Origin: Myxococcota bacterium
GTDB taxonomy: Bacteria; Myxococcota_A; UBA9042; PHBI01; JACKFB01
DNA: 64,000 nt
NCBI GenBank assembly: GCA_041389525.1
Contig: JAWKRR010000015.1
Location: 45,800-109,799, forward strand
Direction of reading: 5' to 3'
Each line of letters starts with the position of its first letter. Position 1 is the first letter of the stretch. A program made the translations under genes and the position numbers. Below the pieces are notes generated by a model. It was given only the letters and a program-made list of their open reading frames with translations. It made no database searches and had not been told where the DNA came from. Positions 1 through 10,529 of the stretch are shown piece after piece.

Positions 1-2
1 AG

Positions 3-227
3 GGGCTGGTCCCCAACGGCGGCCTCCCGCCGGGGCTCACCATCAGCGACAGCGGCAAGATCTCGGGCGCCGTCACCGACCCCTCCCTCGCGGTGTCGCT
101 GACCATCCCGTTCACGCAGATCGCACTCTCAGGCTTCATCTTCACGGCGCGCGTGGAGGACGACCAGACGGTCCCCTTCCACGCCGAGGCCCTCTACATC
201 ATCCCCACCGTGCCCATCGGCTTCTGA
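3..227 (+). CDS. 3' end of a gene running in from the window edge; C-terminal fragment of a secreted protein with a putative Ig-like (LPxGLTISDSGKISG, He_PIG-like) motif
   Basis: Frame 3 reads continuously from the window start to a TGA at about 225-227. It contains the LPPGLTISDSGKISGAVTD motif typical of putative Ig domains. It is not in the supplied ORF track because it lacks a start codon. Confidence 0.4.
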   Translation, partial: GLVPNGGLPPGLTISDSGKISGAVTDPSLAVSLTIPFTQIALSGFIFTARVEDDQTVPFHAEALYIIPTVPIGF

Positions 228-237
228 GCCGACGCGC

Positions 238-1293
238 TCACAGTCCCTGCCAAGCGCCCCTCGGGACCGACGGCCCCGAGGGCGGCTGGCTCGCCAGGAT
301 GTAGATGGCCCGCCGATTCGCGGCTTCGGGCGTCTCGTCCGGGGTCGGCTTCGCCAGCACGTCCTCCCCGAAGCCCTGATACAGGATCGGCGAGCTCAGC
401 CCGTGGCTGCGAAACCACGCCGCGATCGCGTGGGCGCGCCGCGTGGACAGGCCCTGGTTGGCGCTGCGGTTTCCCACGGTGTCCGTGTAGCCACCCACGT
501 ACAGACGCAGCGACAGCAGCGTCCCGTGCTTCGCCAGCGCCTCGCGGATCAGCCCCAGCGTCGCCTGGAGCTTCGGCTCCTCGGACGCGCGGATCGCGTG
601 GCTGCCGGTCTCGAACTCCACCTCATCGTGCGGGATCTCGATGTGGAATGGCGTGATCCGCATCCCCGTCCAGAACCCGGCGATGTCGGTCACCTTCAGG
701 TCCATCGCCAGGACCTCGCCAGCGACTGCGTCCCAGGTCAGCCGCAGCGCGGTCCCGGGCGGCTCGCCGCTGTAGCGCACCGAGGTCGTCCCAAGGCGCC
801 GCCCGTGCTCGCCCAGCATGATTAGCTCAGCGCTCGCCGCGGGGTTGGTGAGGCGAAAGCTCAGCGTGCGACCGTCCAGATCCACGTCGCCGGCGTCGAT
901 CTGCATCTCGAGCTTCCCAACCCGAGTCGCGCTGAACTCGGTGGTAAAGCGCGACTCCTCGCCGTCGGCCCACTTCGCGACGAAGGCGGCCTCGTAGCCA
1001 AAGACGCCAACACCCTGCTGAAACGCCAGCGTCTTGGACTGCCCCGCGGCGATCGCCGACGCCTTCAGCCGCTGGACCTTCCCGTCCTCTTTGCGGGTCA
1101 GCGTCACCTCGATGGAGCGCAGCGCGTCGCGCGGGGTCACGGTGATAGCGGGCTTCTCCACCCCCTGCACCACCGCCTTCAGGCCAAGCCCCAGCCGCGA
1201 ATCCTCGGATTGCGCCAGCGCATGCGGCGCGAATCCCGCGAGCACGAGTCCCAAAGCCGCCGCCCACCACGAGCCAGGTCGCATTCTCAGCAC
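238..1293 (-). CDS. OmpA-family peptidoglycan-binding protein (OmpA_C-like domain) with signal peptide
   Basis: N-terminal signal peptide (WWAAALGLVLAGFAPHALA). The C-terminus has the OmpA-like signature YVGGYTDTVGNRSANQGLSTRRAHAIAAWF...NRRAIYIL. Confidence 0.75.
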   Translation of the reverse strand: MLRMRPGSWWAAALGLVLAGFAPHALAQSEDSRLGLGLKAVVQGVEKPAITVTPRDALRSIEVTLTRKEDGKVQRLKASAIAAGQSKTLAFQQGVGVFGYEAAFVAKWADGEESRFTTEFSATRVGKLEMQIDAGDVDLDGRTLSFRLTNPAASAELIMLGEHGRRLGTTSVRYSGEPPGTALRLTWDAVAGEVLAMDLKVTDIAGFWTGMRITPFHIEIPHDEVEFETGSHAIRASEEPKLQATLGLIREALAKHGTLLSLRLYVGGYTDTVGNRSANQGLSTRRAHAIAAWFRSHGLSSPILYQGFGEDVLAKPTPDETPEAANRRAIYILASQPPSGPSVPRGAWQGL

Positions 1294-1439
1294 GGTCTAC
1301 CTCCACGAGTCGCGGCGATCTTGGCCACCGAGGCCGGACGATGCAACCGCCCCGACGCCGCGAGGATTCCGGCGGCGCGGCGTGGGCGACCGGTTCGCCG
1401 GGTCGGGCCGCGCTGCCCGGGGCCGGCCCTAGCCCCCGC

Positions 1440-2267
1440 TCAGTCCAGGAAACCGCGCCCTGGGTTCGCCTTGACGTACTCGTAGATCGCCTGCGACTGG
1501 TCCCGCCCACGCTTGGCGTCGACGGGTCGCTCCAGCGCGGCTCGCTTGAGGGCGACGGTGTCGGCCGCGGAGACGCCACCGCTCCCGCCGCGCGCCGAGG
1601 GCCTCTTGGTCGCGCCGGGCGTACCCTGGGCGTCCTCAAGCCGCTCGCCGTCCTTGCCGGGCCGCTCGCCCGCCGCCTGCGCCTCCGCGGTCGCGGGCGC
1701 TGCCTCACCCGTCGAGGCCTGCTCGGCCGCGATAAGCTGCAGCAGCGCGGGCTGCGCGAGCGGGGAGGGGACTCCCTTGTCGAAGCGCAACGTCCACCCG
1801 GGCCCCGGCCCCTGCACCGCGCGGATCAGCGCGTCGGCGGAGACGTCGGTCGCCTCGCGCAGCGTGCGCTCGGTGTGCCGGATATCCAGCGCGTCGGGTC
1901 GCTCCACAAGGCTGTGGCCGCGACTGCGGAAGTAGCGAACGATGCGCTCTTTGTTGGCGCTCACGTAGAAGACCGGCCCCTGCACGCCCTCGACCAAGCG
2001 CTCGGAGCCGACCGGTAGCTCGAAGCCGAGCTCGGAAGTCCCCGATCCGCGCAGGTTCCCGAACGCGTCGAGTCTGTGCTCGCGCGGATCCGCGGGCGTC
2101 GGAGCTGGGGCCGCCTCAGCCGCTGCCACGGTGGGCGCCTGCGACAGCGGCGCCTCGCTCGCGCCGCAACCCCACGCGCTGAGCGCCACAGACGCGGCCA
2201 GCCAGCGCGACGCCGCCGAAGGGGACCGCCGTGCGGGCCGCGCCGGGGTCGGTTCAGTAGAGGACAT
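1440..2267 (-). CDS. hypothetical secreted/lipoprotein; last gene of the pilY1 operon (14-nt overlap with pilY1 stop)
   Basis: Signal-peptide-like N-terminus ending LSAWGC followed by a low-complexity Ala/Pro-rich linker. No recognisable catalytic motif. Overlaps the pilY1 end. Confidence 0.5.
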   Translation of the reverse strand: MSSTEPTPARPARRSPSAASRWLAASVALSAWGCGASEAPLSQAPTVAAAEAAPAPTPADPREHRLDAFGNLRGSGTSELGFELPVGSERLVEGVQGPVFYVSANKERIVRYFRSRGHSLVERPDALDIRHTERTLREATDVSADALIRAVQGPGPGWTLRFDKGVPSPLAQPALLQLIAAEQASTGEAAPATAEAQAAGERPGKDGERLEDAQGTPGATKRPSARGGSGGVSAADTVALKRAALERPVDAKRGRDQSQAIYEYVKANPGRGFLD

Positions 2268-5200
2268 AGCCCCACGCGGAGGACTGCAGCATCTCGCCAG
2301 ACGCCGAGAGGGTGCGCGAGATCGAGTTGGCGCCGATCTGCGACGCGGTCACGTTGGGCGGCGTCATGTTCGCCGACCCGCCCGTGCCACGCGCGACGTT
2401 CACGACCAACTCAAGGTCGCCGCGGACCACGCCACCGGGCGGGGTGGGCGAGCCAGCGGTCTGTCCGCCCGAGATGTCCGAGATGCAGGCAGGTCGCTCG
2501 ACCACCTGCACGCCGTAGGGGACCGCCTCGCCCGTGCTCACGTAAGCCACCGGGTCCTGTGTCAGCGGGTCGCCGTCCTCGTCGAGCGCGCCGATGGGCT
2601 GGGCGGGCGTGCCGTCATTCGCGACGAAGTCCAGCCCGTAGAGGCGCCCCGTCCCCTTCAGACACGCGTCGAGCGGGTCGAAGATGTACGAGGTGAAGTA
2701 GGCGACGCTGTTGAAGATCAAGGGCTCGCCGGTCGCTTTCTCCTCGGCAGCCAGGAGGTTGTACCAGCGCTCCTCGCCGACGATGCGTCCGCCCGTGCCC
2801 GCGACCTCCTGCACCGCGAAGAACCCGGACTTGACCGTGGCGCTGGTGCTGACGAAGTCGATGTCGCCGGTGCCGTACACCACGACGAGGTCTCCGCCGG
2901 CGTTTGCCAGGGCGACGGCGGGCCGGCCGAAGGCGGGCTGGCGCTCTTCCGGCGTGCTGGCGGCGAGGGGGCCGGAGGCGCCGTAGGGATCGTAGAAGAG
3001 CTCGAGCTTCCAATCGGCCTTCGCCGTGCTGTCCAGGTCCAGGCGCCACATGCGGCCACCGGCGTCACCGATGAACGCGCGTGTCGACACCACGCCGGGG
3101 GTGTCGGAGTAGACCGTCGGCGACCCGGTGAAGGCGCTGGTCAGCGTCGTGACATTGCCGGCCTCGTCGAAGACGGAGCCCGCGGCGTTGGAGAACTCGG
3201 CGAGCTTGGCCCCGGTGGCCAAGTTGACCACATACACCGCGCGGCCGGCCTCGGGATTCGAGGAGTCGTCGGGCGAATCGCCACCCGCGAGGATCGCGAT
3301 GCCAAGCTCCTCGCCGCCCAAGAACACGGTGCCGAACGCCGGCCGCGAGGTGGTCAGGCCCAGCTTGCCGAAGTCGTTGTCAGCGCCCGCCGATGCGGTG
3401 CTGCACGTGCCCTCGAGGCAACGGCGGTTCTGATCGATCTCCCACATCACCTTCGGCCCCGCGAGGGGGTTGGTGACGTCGAGGGCGATGTACCCGCGGC
3501 CGCCGACTCCGTAGCCGGCCAGGAGCACCGAACGCCACTGAGCCGCCTCGACGTCGAGATCGGCCGTGACCGGATTGCCGCGCTGCATCAAGACGTCCCG
3601 CAGCGCGATCTGGCCGTCCATCAGGAAGTGGTAGCGGCCGACCAGCGAGTGCGCGTTCGAGATGAGATGCTGCGGCGCAATGGCCCACAGCTCCTTACCG
3701 ACGTCACCGTCGGCCTGGGAGGGCACAGCGGTGCACCCCGTGGCGGCGCTCAGCTGATGGTCGACGCGAAACGCGTGAATCAAGCCGTCGTGGGTTCCCG
3801 TGTAGAGCACGGTCGGGCGGCAGCGGGGCGCGTACTCGAAGCCCGTCTCCGTGAGGGGCGTCTCGACGTACTTGTTCCAGCTGCGAATCGGGAACTGGCC
3901 GACCCGCGGCGCCTCCTGAATCACTGGCGTGGTGTGGGTGATCGCGCCCATGTGGTGCTCGTGGCGCATCGTGTCGTCGTCGGCGCGCACCAGCTTGATG
4001 AGCTGCCGCATGTACTCCTGCTGCACCGAGAAGTCGGTCGCCGATCCCAAGACCGCCGTCGAGAGCACCGGGTGGCCGGTGATGTCGAAGTAGGCCGGGT
4101 CCACCTGTGGCAGATCGCCGGACTGGGGAACGCCGAAGAGCTCCTCCATCTCGGCGCCGTCGAGCGGAATCGACGCCAGGGTGTTGTCCAGGGGCTTCAC
4201 CTCGCCCTTCACGACGGCCAAGAGCTTGCGGGTGCTGTTGATCCGCGAGTTCAGCCGCGTGTGGATGCTGACGAGGTCGCGAGCGCAGCTTGAGCCGCGC
4301 GAGCTGACCGCCGCGCACTCCTCGTGGCACTGAAAGACCAGCTGCTCGAGGATGCCGTTGAGGTTGGTCGGCACGAACTTGTCGGCCTGAAATGCCGCGT
4401 TGAACTGGTACTGCAAGTCCACCGACGAGAGCGTCGCGTTGGTGTAGGCGATCTCCGTTCGGCTCTGCGTCTCCGGCTGAACCAGCGCGAGCACCTGCGC
4501 GAGGGCGAGCTGCAGCTCAGTCGCCGTGTTGGCGCGGTAAACGCCCGTAGCCGGTCCGCCCAGGTCGGGGTCGAGCTGGTCCAGTACGCTGGTGTCCGCG
4601 GCGGCGAGATTGAACCCGATGACGTAGACCTCGACAGGGGTCGGCGGCGTGTTCTTGACGTCGATGACCGCCTGCAAGGTCGTCGGGTAGCCGCCTTCGC
4701 CTTCACCCTGGCTGGCGCGACCGTCCGTGATCAGCACGACGGTGCGCGCGCGGCAGTTGGAGTAGGGGTCGCCGCTGCCGTCGTTCGGGTCGAAGGGGCG
4801 CACCGATATGTCGTTCTGCAAGAAGTAGCGGGCGTCATCGAGCATCGGCGCCAGGGGCGTGCCCCAGTAGCCGATGGTCGTGTTCACCTCGTACTGCGCG
4901 TTCCGATTGACGTTTCGGATCGGTCCGAAGTCGTCGCTGATCGGCGGCGCGATGAGCTGGCCGCGGTTGTTCAGCGTGCGGTCGTCGTCATTGTAGAGCC
5001 ACGTGTTCGTCGCGTCGTCCCACTGGTTGGCGGTGTTGGGGTCGCCCCAGATCGCGTTGCGCGAGCCCAGGTTCAGCCCCAGAAAGCCCGTGGAGTCCGG
5101 CCCGTAGCTCCACATTCCGCTGGCGGCGACCGAGTTCGAGTCCAGGGAGTCGAAGGTCATGAACCCGAACTTGATGGTGTCGCGGAAGAGGTCGAAGACG

Positions 5201-5709
5201 CCATCGAAGGCTTGGACTGGCGGGTTGCAGCCGGTGCCGGTGTCGCCTGAGCACGCCCGCACCTGGGGGATCGGGTAGAGGTAGTCCTCAGCGGCCGCGT
5301 TGGTGTCGCGGTGGTCGTACTGGCACCAGTAGTTCTCGATGGTTCCGGTGAGGACCTCTTTGGCGACCAGCAGCCGGGACTTCTCGTAGGTGCCCATCGG
5401 GAGGGCGGGGGAGAGGACGGAGGGCTCCTCGCAGAGCGGAGAGATGAACTCGGCCGAGGGCGTCGACGCGGTGCCGGCCTCGTATTCCATGCTCCCCGAC
5501 GTATCGAGGAGGATGAGCACCATCGGCTTGACGGTGCTCGCGGGATCGAGCTGCGCGAGGGCCTCGCCGCCGAGCCCCGCGGTGGATAGTGCGAGCGCGC
5601 AGAGCGCCGCCGCGTGCGCGCCCCTCGGTGCGCGCCCGACCATGAAGCGATGCCCCCATCGCTCAGCCGCGGCGCGTAGGCCCGGCGGTCGTGACTTGGC
5701 CCGTATCAT
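2254..5709 (-). CDS. pilY1: PilY1-like type IV pilus tip adhesin (N-terminal vWA/MIDAS domain plus C-terminal beta-propeller)
   Basis: 1151 aa. The vWA MIDAS motif LILLDTSGSM lies near the N-terminus. The protein is large and Gly/Asp-rich with propeller-like repeats. Position is immediately downstream of pilX/pilW/pilV, with an ATGA start/stop overlap to pilX at 5706-5709. Confidence 0.8.
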   Translation of the reverse strand: MIRAKSRPPGLRAAAERWGHRFMVGRAPRGAHAAALCALALSTAGLGGEALAQLDPASTVKPMVLILLDTSGSMEYEAGTASTPSAEFISPLCEEPSVLSPALPMGTYEKSRLLVAKEVLTGTIENYWCQYDHRDTNAAAEDYLYPIPQVRACSGDTGTGCNPPVQAFDGVFDLFRDTIKFGFMTFDSLDSNSVAASGMWSYGPDSTGFLGLNLGSRNAIWGDPNTANQWDDATNTWLYNDDDRTLNNRGQLIAPPISDDFGPIRNVNRNAQYEVNTTIGYWGTPLAPMLDDARYFLQNDISVRPFDPNDGSGDPYSNCRARTVVLITDGRASQGEGEGGYPTTLQAVIDVKNTPPTPVEVYVIGFNLAAADTSVLDQLDPDLGGPATGVYRANTATELQLALAQVLALVQPETQSRTEIAYTNATLSSVDLQYQFNAAFQADKFVPTNLNGILEQLVFQCHEECAAVSSRGSSCARDLVSIHTRLNSRINSTRKLLAVVKGEVKPLDNTLASIPLDGAEMEELFGVPQSGDLPQVDPAYFDITGHPVLSTAVLGSATDFSVQQEYMRQLIKLVRADDDTMRHEHHMGAITHTTPVIQEAPRVGQFPIRSWNKYVETPLTETGFEYAPRCRPTVLYTGTHDGLIHAFRVDHQLSAATGCTAVPSQADGDVGKELWAIAPQHLISNAHSLVGRYHFLMDGQIALRDVLMQRGNPVTADLDVEAAQWRSVLLAGYGVGGRGYIALDVTNPLAGPKVMWEIDQNRRCLEGTCSTASAGADNDFGKLGLTTSRPAFGTVFLGGEELGIAILAGGDSPDDSSNPEAGRAVYVVNLATGAKLAEFSNAAGSVFDEAGNVTTLTSAFTGSPTVYSDTPGVVSTRAFIGDAGGRMWRLDLDSTAKADWKLELFYDPYGASGPLAASTPEERQPAFGRPAVALANAGGDLVVVYGTGDIDFVSTSATVKSGFFAVQEVAGTGGRIVGEERWYNLLAAEEKATGEPLIFNSVAYFTSYIFDPLDACLKGTGRLYGLDFVANDGTPAQPIGALDEDGDPLTQDPVAYVSTGEAVPYGVQVVERPACISDISGGQTAGSPTPPGGVVRGDLELVVNVARGTGGSANMTPPNVTASQIGANSISRTLSASGEMLQSSAWGYVLY

Positions 5710-6377
5710 GTTCCCGCCTGTCGTCCGATCGTTCCGGTCGCCTGGTCACACGTCAGCGGTCCCACAAAGGTGGTCGCCCGCACTCGCTGCCACACCTCGA
5801 ACGCTGCCTCCTCGCCTGCATCGGCGAAGGTCTGGCCGACGCGCCCCTCGGCGTCGAGTCGATACTTGAAGCGGCATCGCGCTCCCTTGCCGCCGATGCT
5901 GTAGCCCACCAGCGGCTGGCGCATCCCTGTCGGCGCGACGTTCACGCGCATCTCGTAGGGAGCGACGCCCGGGCTCCCGTACGCCGTGGCCGCGGCCAGG
6001 GACTCCGAGCCCTCGAAGCCGAAGCTCCCGCTGGCGGTCAGGTCAAACCAGTCGGTGTCCGGGACCATGTGGTCGGAGCTCCAGACCGCTTTGCCCGCCG
6101 ACGTAATCGACTCGTCGACCGACGCCACGAAGGTGTCCGCCCCGAGCGAGCTCGCGAACGCCAGCGCCGTGAACGCGCCGCCTTCGGTGACCCGAAACGC
6201 GCTCGCTCCGCGCCGCGTGTTGCCCGCGTACCCGAGCGCTGAGGACACCGACTGCACGGCGACGAACGCCACGCTGGTCAGCGCCAGCAGCACCATGAGC
6301 GCGATAATCAGCAAGGAACCCCGCTCGTTTTTGAGCGCGCGGCTGAACCGGAAGCTACGTCGAAGACCGCGCATCAC
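5706..6377 (-). CDS. pilX: PilX-like type IV pilus minor pilin
   Basis: 223 aa with an N-terminal hydrophobic PilX_N-like segment (RGSLLIIALMVLLALTSVAFVAV). Sits between pilW and pilY1 with 4-nt overlaps on both sides. Confidence 0.6.
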   Translation of the reverse strand: MMRGLRRSFRFSRALKNERGSLLIIALMVLLALTSVAFVAVQSVSSALGYAGNTRRGASAFRVTEGGAFTALAFASSLGADTFVASVDESITSAGKAVWSSDHMVPDTDWFDLTASGSFGFEGSESLAAATAYGSPGVAPYEMRVNVAPTGMRQPLVGYSIGGKGARCRFKYRLDAEGRVGQTFADAGEEAAFEVWQRVRATTFVGPLTCDQATGTIGRQAGT

Positions 6378-7576
6378 TGCCTCCGCGCCTGGATACTGGT
6401 GAGCGCCGTCATGATCCCGACCTCGAACACCCGGGCCGATCCGGGCGCGTTCTCATCCAACTCGAAGGCGCGCAGAGGCTCATCGACGTCGCCGCGAGGC
6501 GCGAAGGGCACGGACTCATCCTCAAATGGGGTCCGCGCCGACACCTTCACCGTCATCGAACGCAGCAGATGGCTCGCGTTGGTCGCGGTGGTGTCCAGCG
6601 TGCGTCCCGACGCCTCAAGGTCGGCGAGCGTCGCGAAGCACTGAATCTGCACCGGCACCTGCTGCATGGTGCCCGGGTCCGGCGCGGTCACGTTGAGGCA
6701 AAAGTCATAGACCTGCAGGTCCACGATGTTCTCCGCCAGGATCAGCGCTGAGCCGTCAACCACGGCCCCCGTGGGGTCCAGGTCCTCCCGGACCAAGTCG
6801 TACTTCAGGCTGCTGGTGTCGCGGCGGACGTCATTGACCAAGCGGTATCGCCGATAGCCGATGACCGAGATCTCGCTGCCGCTGCCAAACCCGCCGACGG
6901 TCGCCACGGCGTTATTGAGGGTGACGGTCTGCAGCACGTCGGCGCCGCCGCCATTCCACGTGGCAGACGCGATCTCGATGATCTCTTCGCGGCGCGCGAC
7001 GCCGTACCCCTCGATGCGCAGCATTCGGTTTGGCTGGAAGATGCGATTGAAATCATCTTCATCGCCGTCGCCACCCGCGGAGCGAGGCGTCGGGTCCCAC
7101 TCGATCTGAACGTTGGTACCGTTGATGTCTTGGGCCGTGTAGGTGCGCTGGCTCCAGAAGTCGCCGAGAATTCGGATCTGCTGCGGGGCGATGTTCGCGT
7201 TCGGGGTGGGCAGCGCCACCGGCGTGTCGGGATCTGTCGCGACCATGACGGCGGTGAGCGTCTGCCCCGCGGGCGGCACCACCCACGCCTCGATGGCGGA
7301 TTGGACGGGCGAATTGAAGCCGGCGCTGCGGAGGTCGGCGCGGATCTGGCGACCCGCGGTGCGGAGCTGGCCCAGAGCGTCCAACGTCTGATTCTGTACG
7401 CGATAGCCGCGCGTGCTCTGCGAGTACATCAGGTAGATGCCGGCGGACACGATGGTGCCGACGAGCACCGCGATCATGAGCTCCAACAGCGTGAAGCCGC
7501 GCGGGCCGCGCGCAGAGCGACCTGAGTTCGACGATGGTGAGGCCCCGCGGGGCGCATCGGACATGTGCAGCCTCAT
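6374..7576 (-). CDS. pilW: PilW type IV pilus minor pilin (prepilin-type N-terminal cleavage/methylation motif)
   Basis: Class III signal motif RGFTLLELMIAVLVG. The ORF track start (7660) overlaps pilV by 88 nt. The internal Met at 7576 gives an ATGA-type overlap with the pilV stop and is the likelier start. Confidence 0.7.
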   Translation of the reverse strand: MRLHMSDAPRGASPSSNSGRSARGPRGFTLLELMIAVLVGTIVSAGIYLMYSQSTRGYRVQNQTLDALGQLRTAGRQIRADLRSAGFNSPVQSAIEAWVVPPAGQTLTAVMVATDPDTPVALPTPNANIAPQQIRILGDFWSQRTYTAQDINGTNVQIEWDPTPRSAGGDGDEDDFNRIFQPNRMLRIEGYGVARREEIIEIASATWNGGGADVLQTVTLNNAVATVGGFGSGSEISVIGYRRYRLVNDVRRDTSSLKYDLVREDLDPTGAVVDGSALILAENIVDLQVYDFCLNVTAPDPGTMQQVPVQIQCFATLADLEASGRTLDTTATNASHLLRSMTVKVSARTPFEDESVPFAPRGDVDEPLRAFELDENAPGSARVFEVGIMTALTSIQARRQ

Positions 7577-8241
7577 CGCAGGAACGTGTTGACGGAGAGA
7601 TTGGTGGTCAGGCTCACCGAGCGGAGCTCGCCCAGCGCGCCCGAAGCGAGCTGAGCGCAATCGAGGAAGGTCTCGAGGTTCGCGGTCTCCAGAGGCCAGA
7701 CCACCTCGACCTCAGCCCGCATCGAGCGATTCGCGATGAGCCAGGTGAGTCGATAGTGCAGGCAGAAAGGCTGCTCGAGCTCTTCACTACCCGCGGTCAG
7801 CATCGCCGCGCGGATACCCGTATTGAACGCGCCGTTCTGGTCGCCGACGACGCTGACCCGGCGATCCGTGCCCGTCCCGACGTCGCCGATGATCCACGCC
7901 GGTGCACCAGCGATCTCGCCGCCGATGGTCTGACCACCGGCTACCGCCGCCGGACCCGCGGGCAAGCCCGCGAGGTGAGGAAAGACGCCGCCATCGGCGA
8001 GACCGCCGCCGGGCTCATCGGTCCAAGCCGAAAACTCAAGCCTCAGTTGCTCGAGGAAGTTCTCTGCCAGGTTCGTCGCCTCGATGATTCGGCGGGTGTT
8101 CGACAGCCCGCGGAGGGTCGCGACCTGCATCCCGAAGAGCGCCACAAACCCAAGGGTCGAGACGATGACGACGATCAGCACCTCAACCAGCGTGAATCCG
8201 CCAGTGCCCGCGCCTGACCGGCTGTGGAAGCGACGCCCCAT
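7573..8241 (-). CDS. pilV: PilV type IV pilus minor pilin
   Basis: Prepilin motif GGFTLVEVLIVVIVSTLGF. About 220 aa. Start is GTG at 8244 or ATG at 8241. Confidence 0.7.
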   Translation of the reverse strand: MGRRFHSRSGAGTGGFTLVEVLIVVIVSTLGFVALFGMQVATLRGLSNTRRIIEATNLAENFLEQLRLEFSAWTDEPGGGLADGGVFPHLAGLPAGPAAVAGGQTIGGEIAGAPAWIIGDVGTGTDRRVSVVGDQNGAFNTGIRAAMLTAGSEELEQPFCLHYRLTWLIANRSMRAEVEVVWPLETANLETFLDCAQLASGALGELRSVSLTTNLSVNTFLR

Positions 8242-8885
8242 CACGTGCCTCCCTCGCCGGCCGCGCTGCGTACGTCCTCTCCGAACGTGAATCGCACGTT
8301 GCCGCTGAAGGGAATGATGACGTTGTGCGGGATGGTGGCGGCGGTGGCCTCCACGTACTGGCGCAGCACGATGACGGCGTCGCCGGCCGCGTAGGCCGTG
8401 CCATCGTCTGCATCAGGTGCGACGGGGAGGTTGGTGGACGCGTCGACGGTCCGACCGTCCGGCGTGAAGCAGAGCACCACGGCCGACGCGGGCACGATCT
8501 CCTCGATACGCACCTGCACCACGGCGGCCTCATCGGTCTCCGCGGGGATCAGGTCATCGAGGTTGAAGGTCCGGAGCGCCGGCCCGGTGATGTCGATGGA
8601 GCCGCAGTCCGGACCCGCTCCCTGGAACAGGGTCAGCGTGCCGGCCGCGGTGCCGTCGGTCGGCACTATTTGCAGGCCGAACGCTGCGAAGGTCGTGGCG
8701 GCGCGGCTCCGACCGAGGTCCGCCATGCCGATGACACGCTGGGTCGCGTCGACGAGCGGTTGGTGGTCCGCCTTGGAGAGCACACGCGGCAACGCCACGG
8801 TGACCAGGATTCCGATCACCAAGACCACGACCATCAACTCGATAAGAGTGAAGCCGCGTCTGCTGCTTTTTGAGTTCAGGCTCAC
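8241..8885 (-). CDS. FimU/GspH-like minor pilin (prepilin-type N-terminal domain)
   Basis: Motif RRGFTLIELMVVVLVIGILVTVALP. The first 86 codons of the 300-aa ORF read as GC-rich junk with no Met. The probable start is the GTG at about 8885. Confidence 0.6.
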   Translation of the reverse strand: MSLNSKSSRRGFTLIELMVVVLVIGILVTVALPRVLSKADHQPLVDATQRVIGMADLGRSRAATTFAAFGLQIVPTDGTAAGTLTLFQGAGPDCGSIDITGPALRTFNLDDLIPAETDEAAVVQVRIEEIVPASAVVLCFTPDGRTVDASTNLPVAPDADDGTAYAAGDAVIVLRQYVEATAATIPHNVIIPFSGNVRFTFGEDVRSAAGEGGT

Positions 8886-9114
8886 GCCGTACTCCGTGTG
8901 CAAGAATCGTGCAATGCCCGCGGCCGCCGCCCCGCCCCCCGGCGCCGGTGGCGACGCTCCAGCGTCCGCGCGGCTCTGCCCGCGCGATCGGAAGGCGCCG
9001 CCCCGTGGACCTCTGCGTGGTGGCTCCGCATAATTTGCATAGCCCTCGAACGTATTTCCCGGCCAACTCGACGCGTGGCAGGGTCCCGCGACCCCGCCGA
9101 CCGCACGTCTTAGT

Positions 9115-10371
9115 CTAGACGTCCATATCGGCCATCGTCTCACCTTTCATGAGATCGTCGAGTGTTTCACGGGTCCTGACGACGGTGTACTTGTCACCGT
9201 CCACGAGGACCTCGGCGGCCCGCGGACGGCTGTTGTACTGGCTCGACATGACGAATCCGTAGGCACCCACGCTGCGCATCGCGAGCAGCGATCCGTCGGT
9301 TACATCAGGGAACGCGCGGTCGCGCGCGAAGAAGTCTCCGGTCTCGCAGATCGGGCCGACGATGTCCGCCGCGCTGCCCGCCGGCCCGCTCGGCGCCACC
9401 GTCTCGATCTGGTGGTGCGCGCCATAAAGGGCCGGCCGGATCGCGTCGTTCATGGCGGCGTCGACGACGACGAAGCGCTTGCCAGCGTTGTGCTTGGTCA
9501 GCAGCACCTTCATCAGCAGGACGCCTGCGTTGCCCGCGATGACCCGCCCGGGCTCGAGCACGATGCGCAACGGGCGGGAGCCCAGCTCGCGGAGGAGGTG
9601 CTGGGCATAGTCTGCAGGGGAGGGCGGTTCCTCATCGTTGTAGCGAATGCCAAGGCCGCCGCCGAGGTCGAGGTGTTCGATGGCGATGCCGTCGCTCGCC
9701 AACGCATCGACCAGCGCAAGGATCCGCCGCAACGCCTCCACGATGGGCGCCAGGTCCTGGAGCTGGCTTCCGATGTGGCAGTCCACGCCGACCACCCGCA
9801 GGCCGGGCAGGGATGCCGCGAGCCGGTACGCCTCGCGCGCGTCCGCCATCGCGATGCCGAACTTGCTCGAGCGCAGGCCCGTCGAGATGTAGGGGTGCGT
9901 GCCGGCGTCCACGTCTGGATTGATGCGCAGAGACACGGGCGCGACGCAACCAGACTCTCGGGCGACGGCGTCGATAGTCCTTAGCTCTTCTATGCTTTCG
10001 GCATTGATGCAGTGCACTCCGACCGCGAGCGCGCGGGCCAACTCATCGGGGCGCTTCCCGACGCCCGAGAACACGATGCGGCTGGGCTCGCCCCCGGCCC
10101 GCAGCACGCGCTCAAGCTCGCCGACGCTGACGATGTCGAAACCGCTCCCAAGGCGGGCCAACACATTGAGCACGCCGAGATTGCTGTTGGCTTTGACCGC
10201 GAAGCAGATCAGGTGAGGCACGCTGGTCCAAGCGGCGTCAAAGACCTGGTAGTGCCGGGTCAGCGTGGCGCGGCTGTAGACGTAGGTCGGCGTCCCCACC
10301 TCGCGGGCGATGCGCGCCAGCGGGACGTCTTCGCACCAAAGCTCGCCATCGCGCCGTTGGAAGTGGTCCAT
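9115..10371 (-). CDS. lysA: diaminopimelate decarboxylase
   Basis: 418 aa PLP-dependent fold-type III decarboxylase. The sequence (FAVKANSN..., C-terminal beta-barrel) matches the LysA family closely. Confidence 0.9.
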   Translation of the reverse strand: MDHFQRRDGELWCEDVPLARIAREVGTPTYVYSRATLTRHYQVFDAAWTSVPHLICFAVKANSNLGVLNVLARLGSGFDIVSVGELERVLRAGGEPSRIVFSGVGKRPDELARALAVGVHCINAESIEELRTIDAVARESGCVAPVSLRINPDVDAGTHPYISTGLRSSKFGIAMADAREAYRLAASLPGLRVVGVDCHIGSQLQDLAPIVEALRRILALVDALASDGIAIEHLDLGGGLGIRYNDEEPPSPADYAQHLLRELGSRPLRIVLEPGRVIAGNAGVLLMKVLLTKHNAGKRFVVVDAAMNDAIRPALYGAHHQIETVAPSGPAGSAADIVGPICETGDFFARDRAFPDVTDGSLLAMRSVGAYGFVMSSQYNSRPRAAEVLVDGDKYTVVRTRETLDDLMKGETMADMDV

Positions 10372-10529
10372 GAGGTCAGAGCCTGTGTGGAATTGGGTGG
10401 GTGGCGTCGGCGAGACCGCAGCGTCCTCGCGCGCCCTCGCGCGCCGAAGCTGCGTCGTGATCGTGTGAGGTGTCGAACCGCGCGGCGCGCTCGCGGGCTA
10501 GCTCCGCGTGGCCGCTTCCATCGCGACGC

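Noticed and set aside
2131-4293. 720-aa plus-strand ORF and other long Arg-rich ORFs (e.g. 827-1708, 40575-41888, 54202-56526)
   Set aside because: These are antisense or out-of-frame shadows of pilY1, mpl and mrdA. They have low-complexity composition and no motifs.
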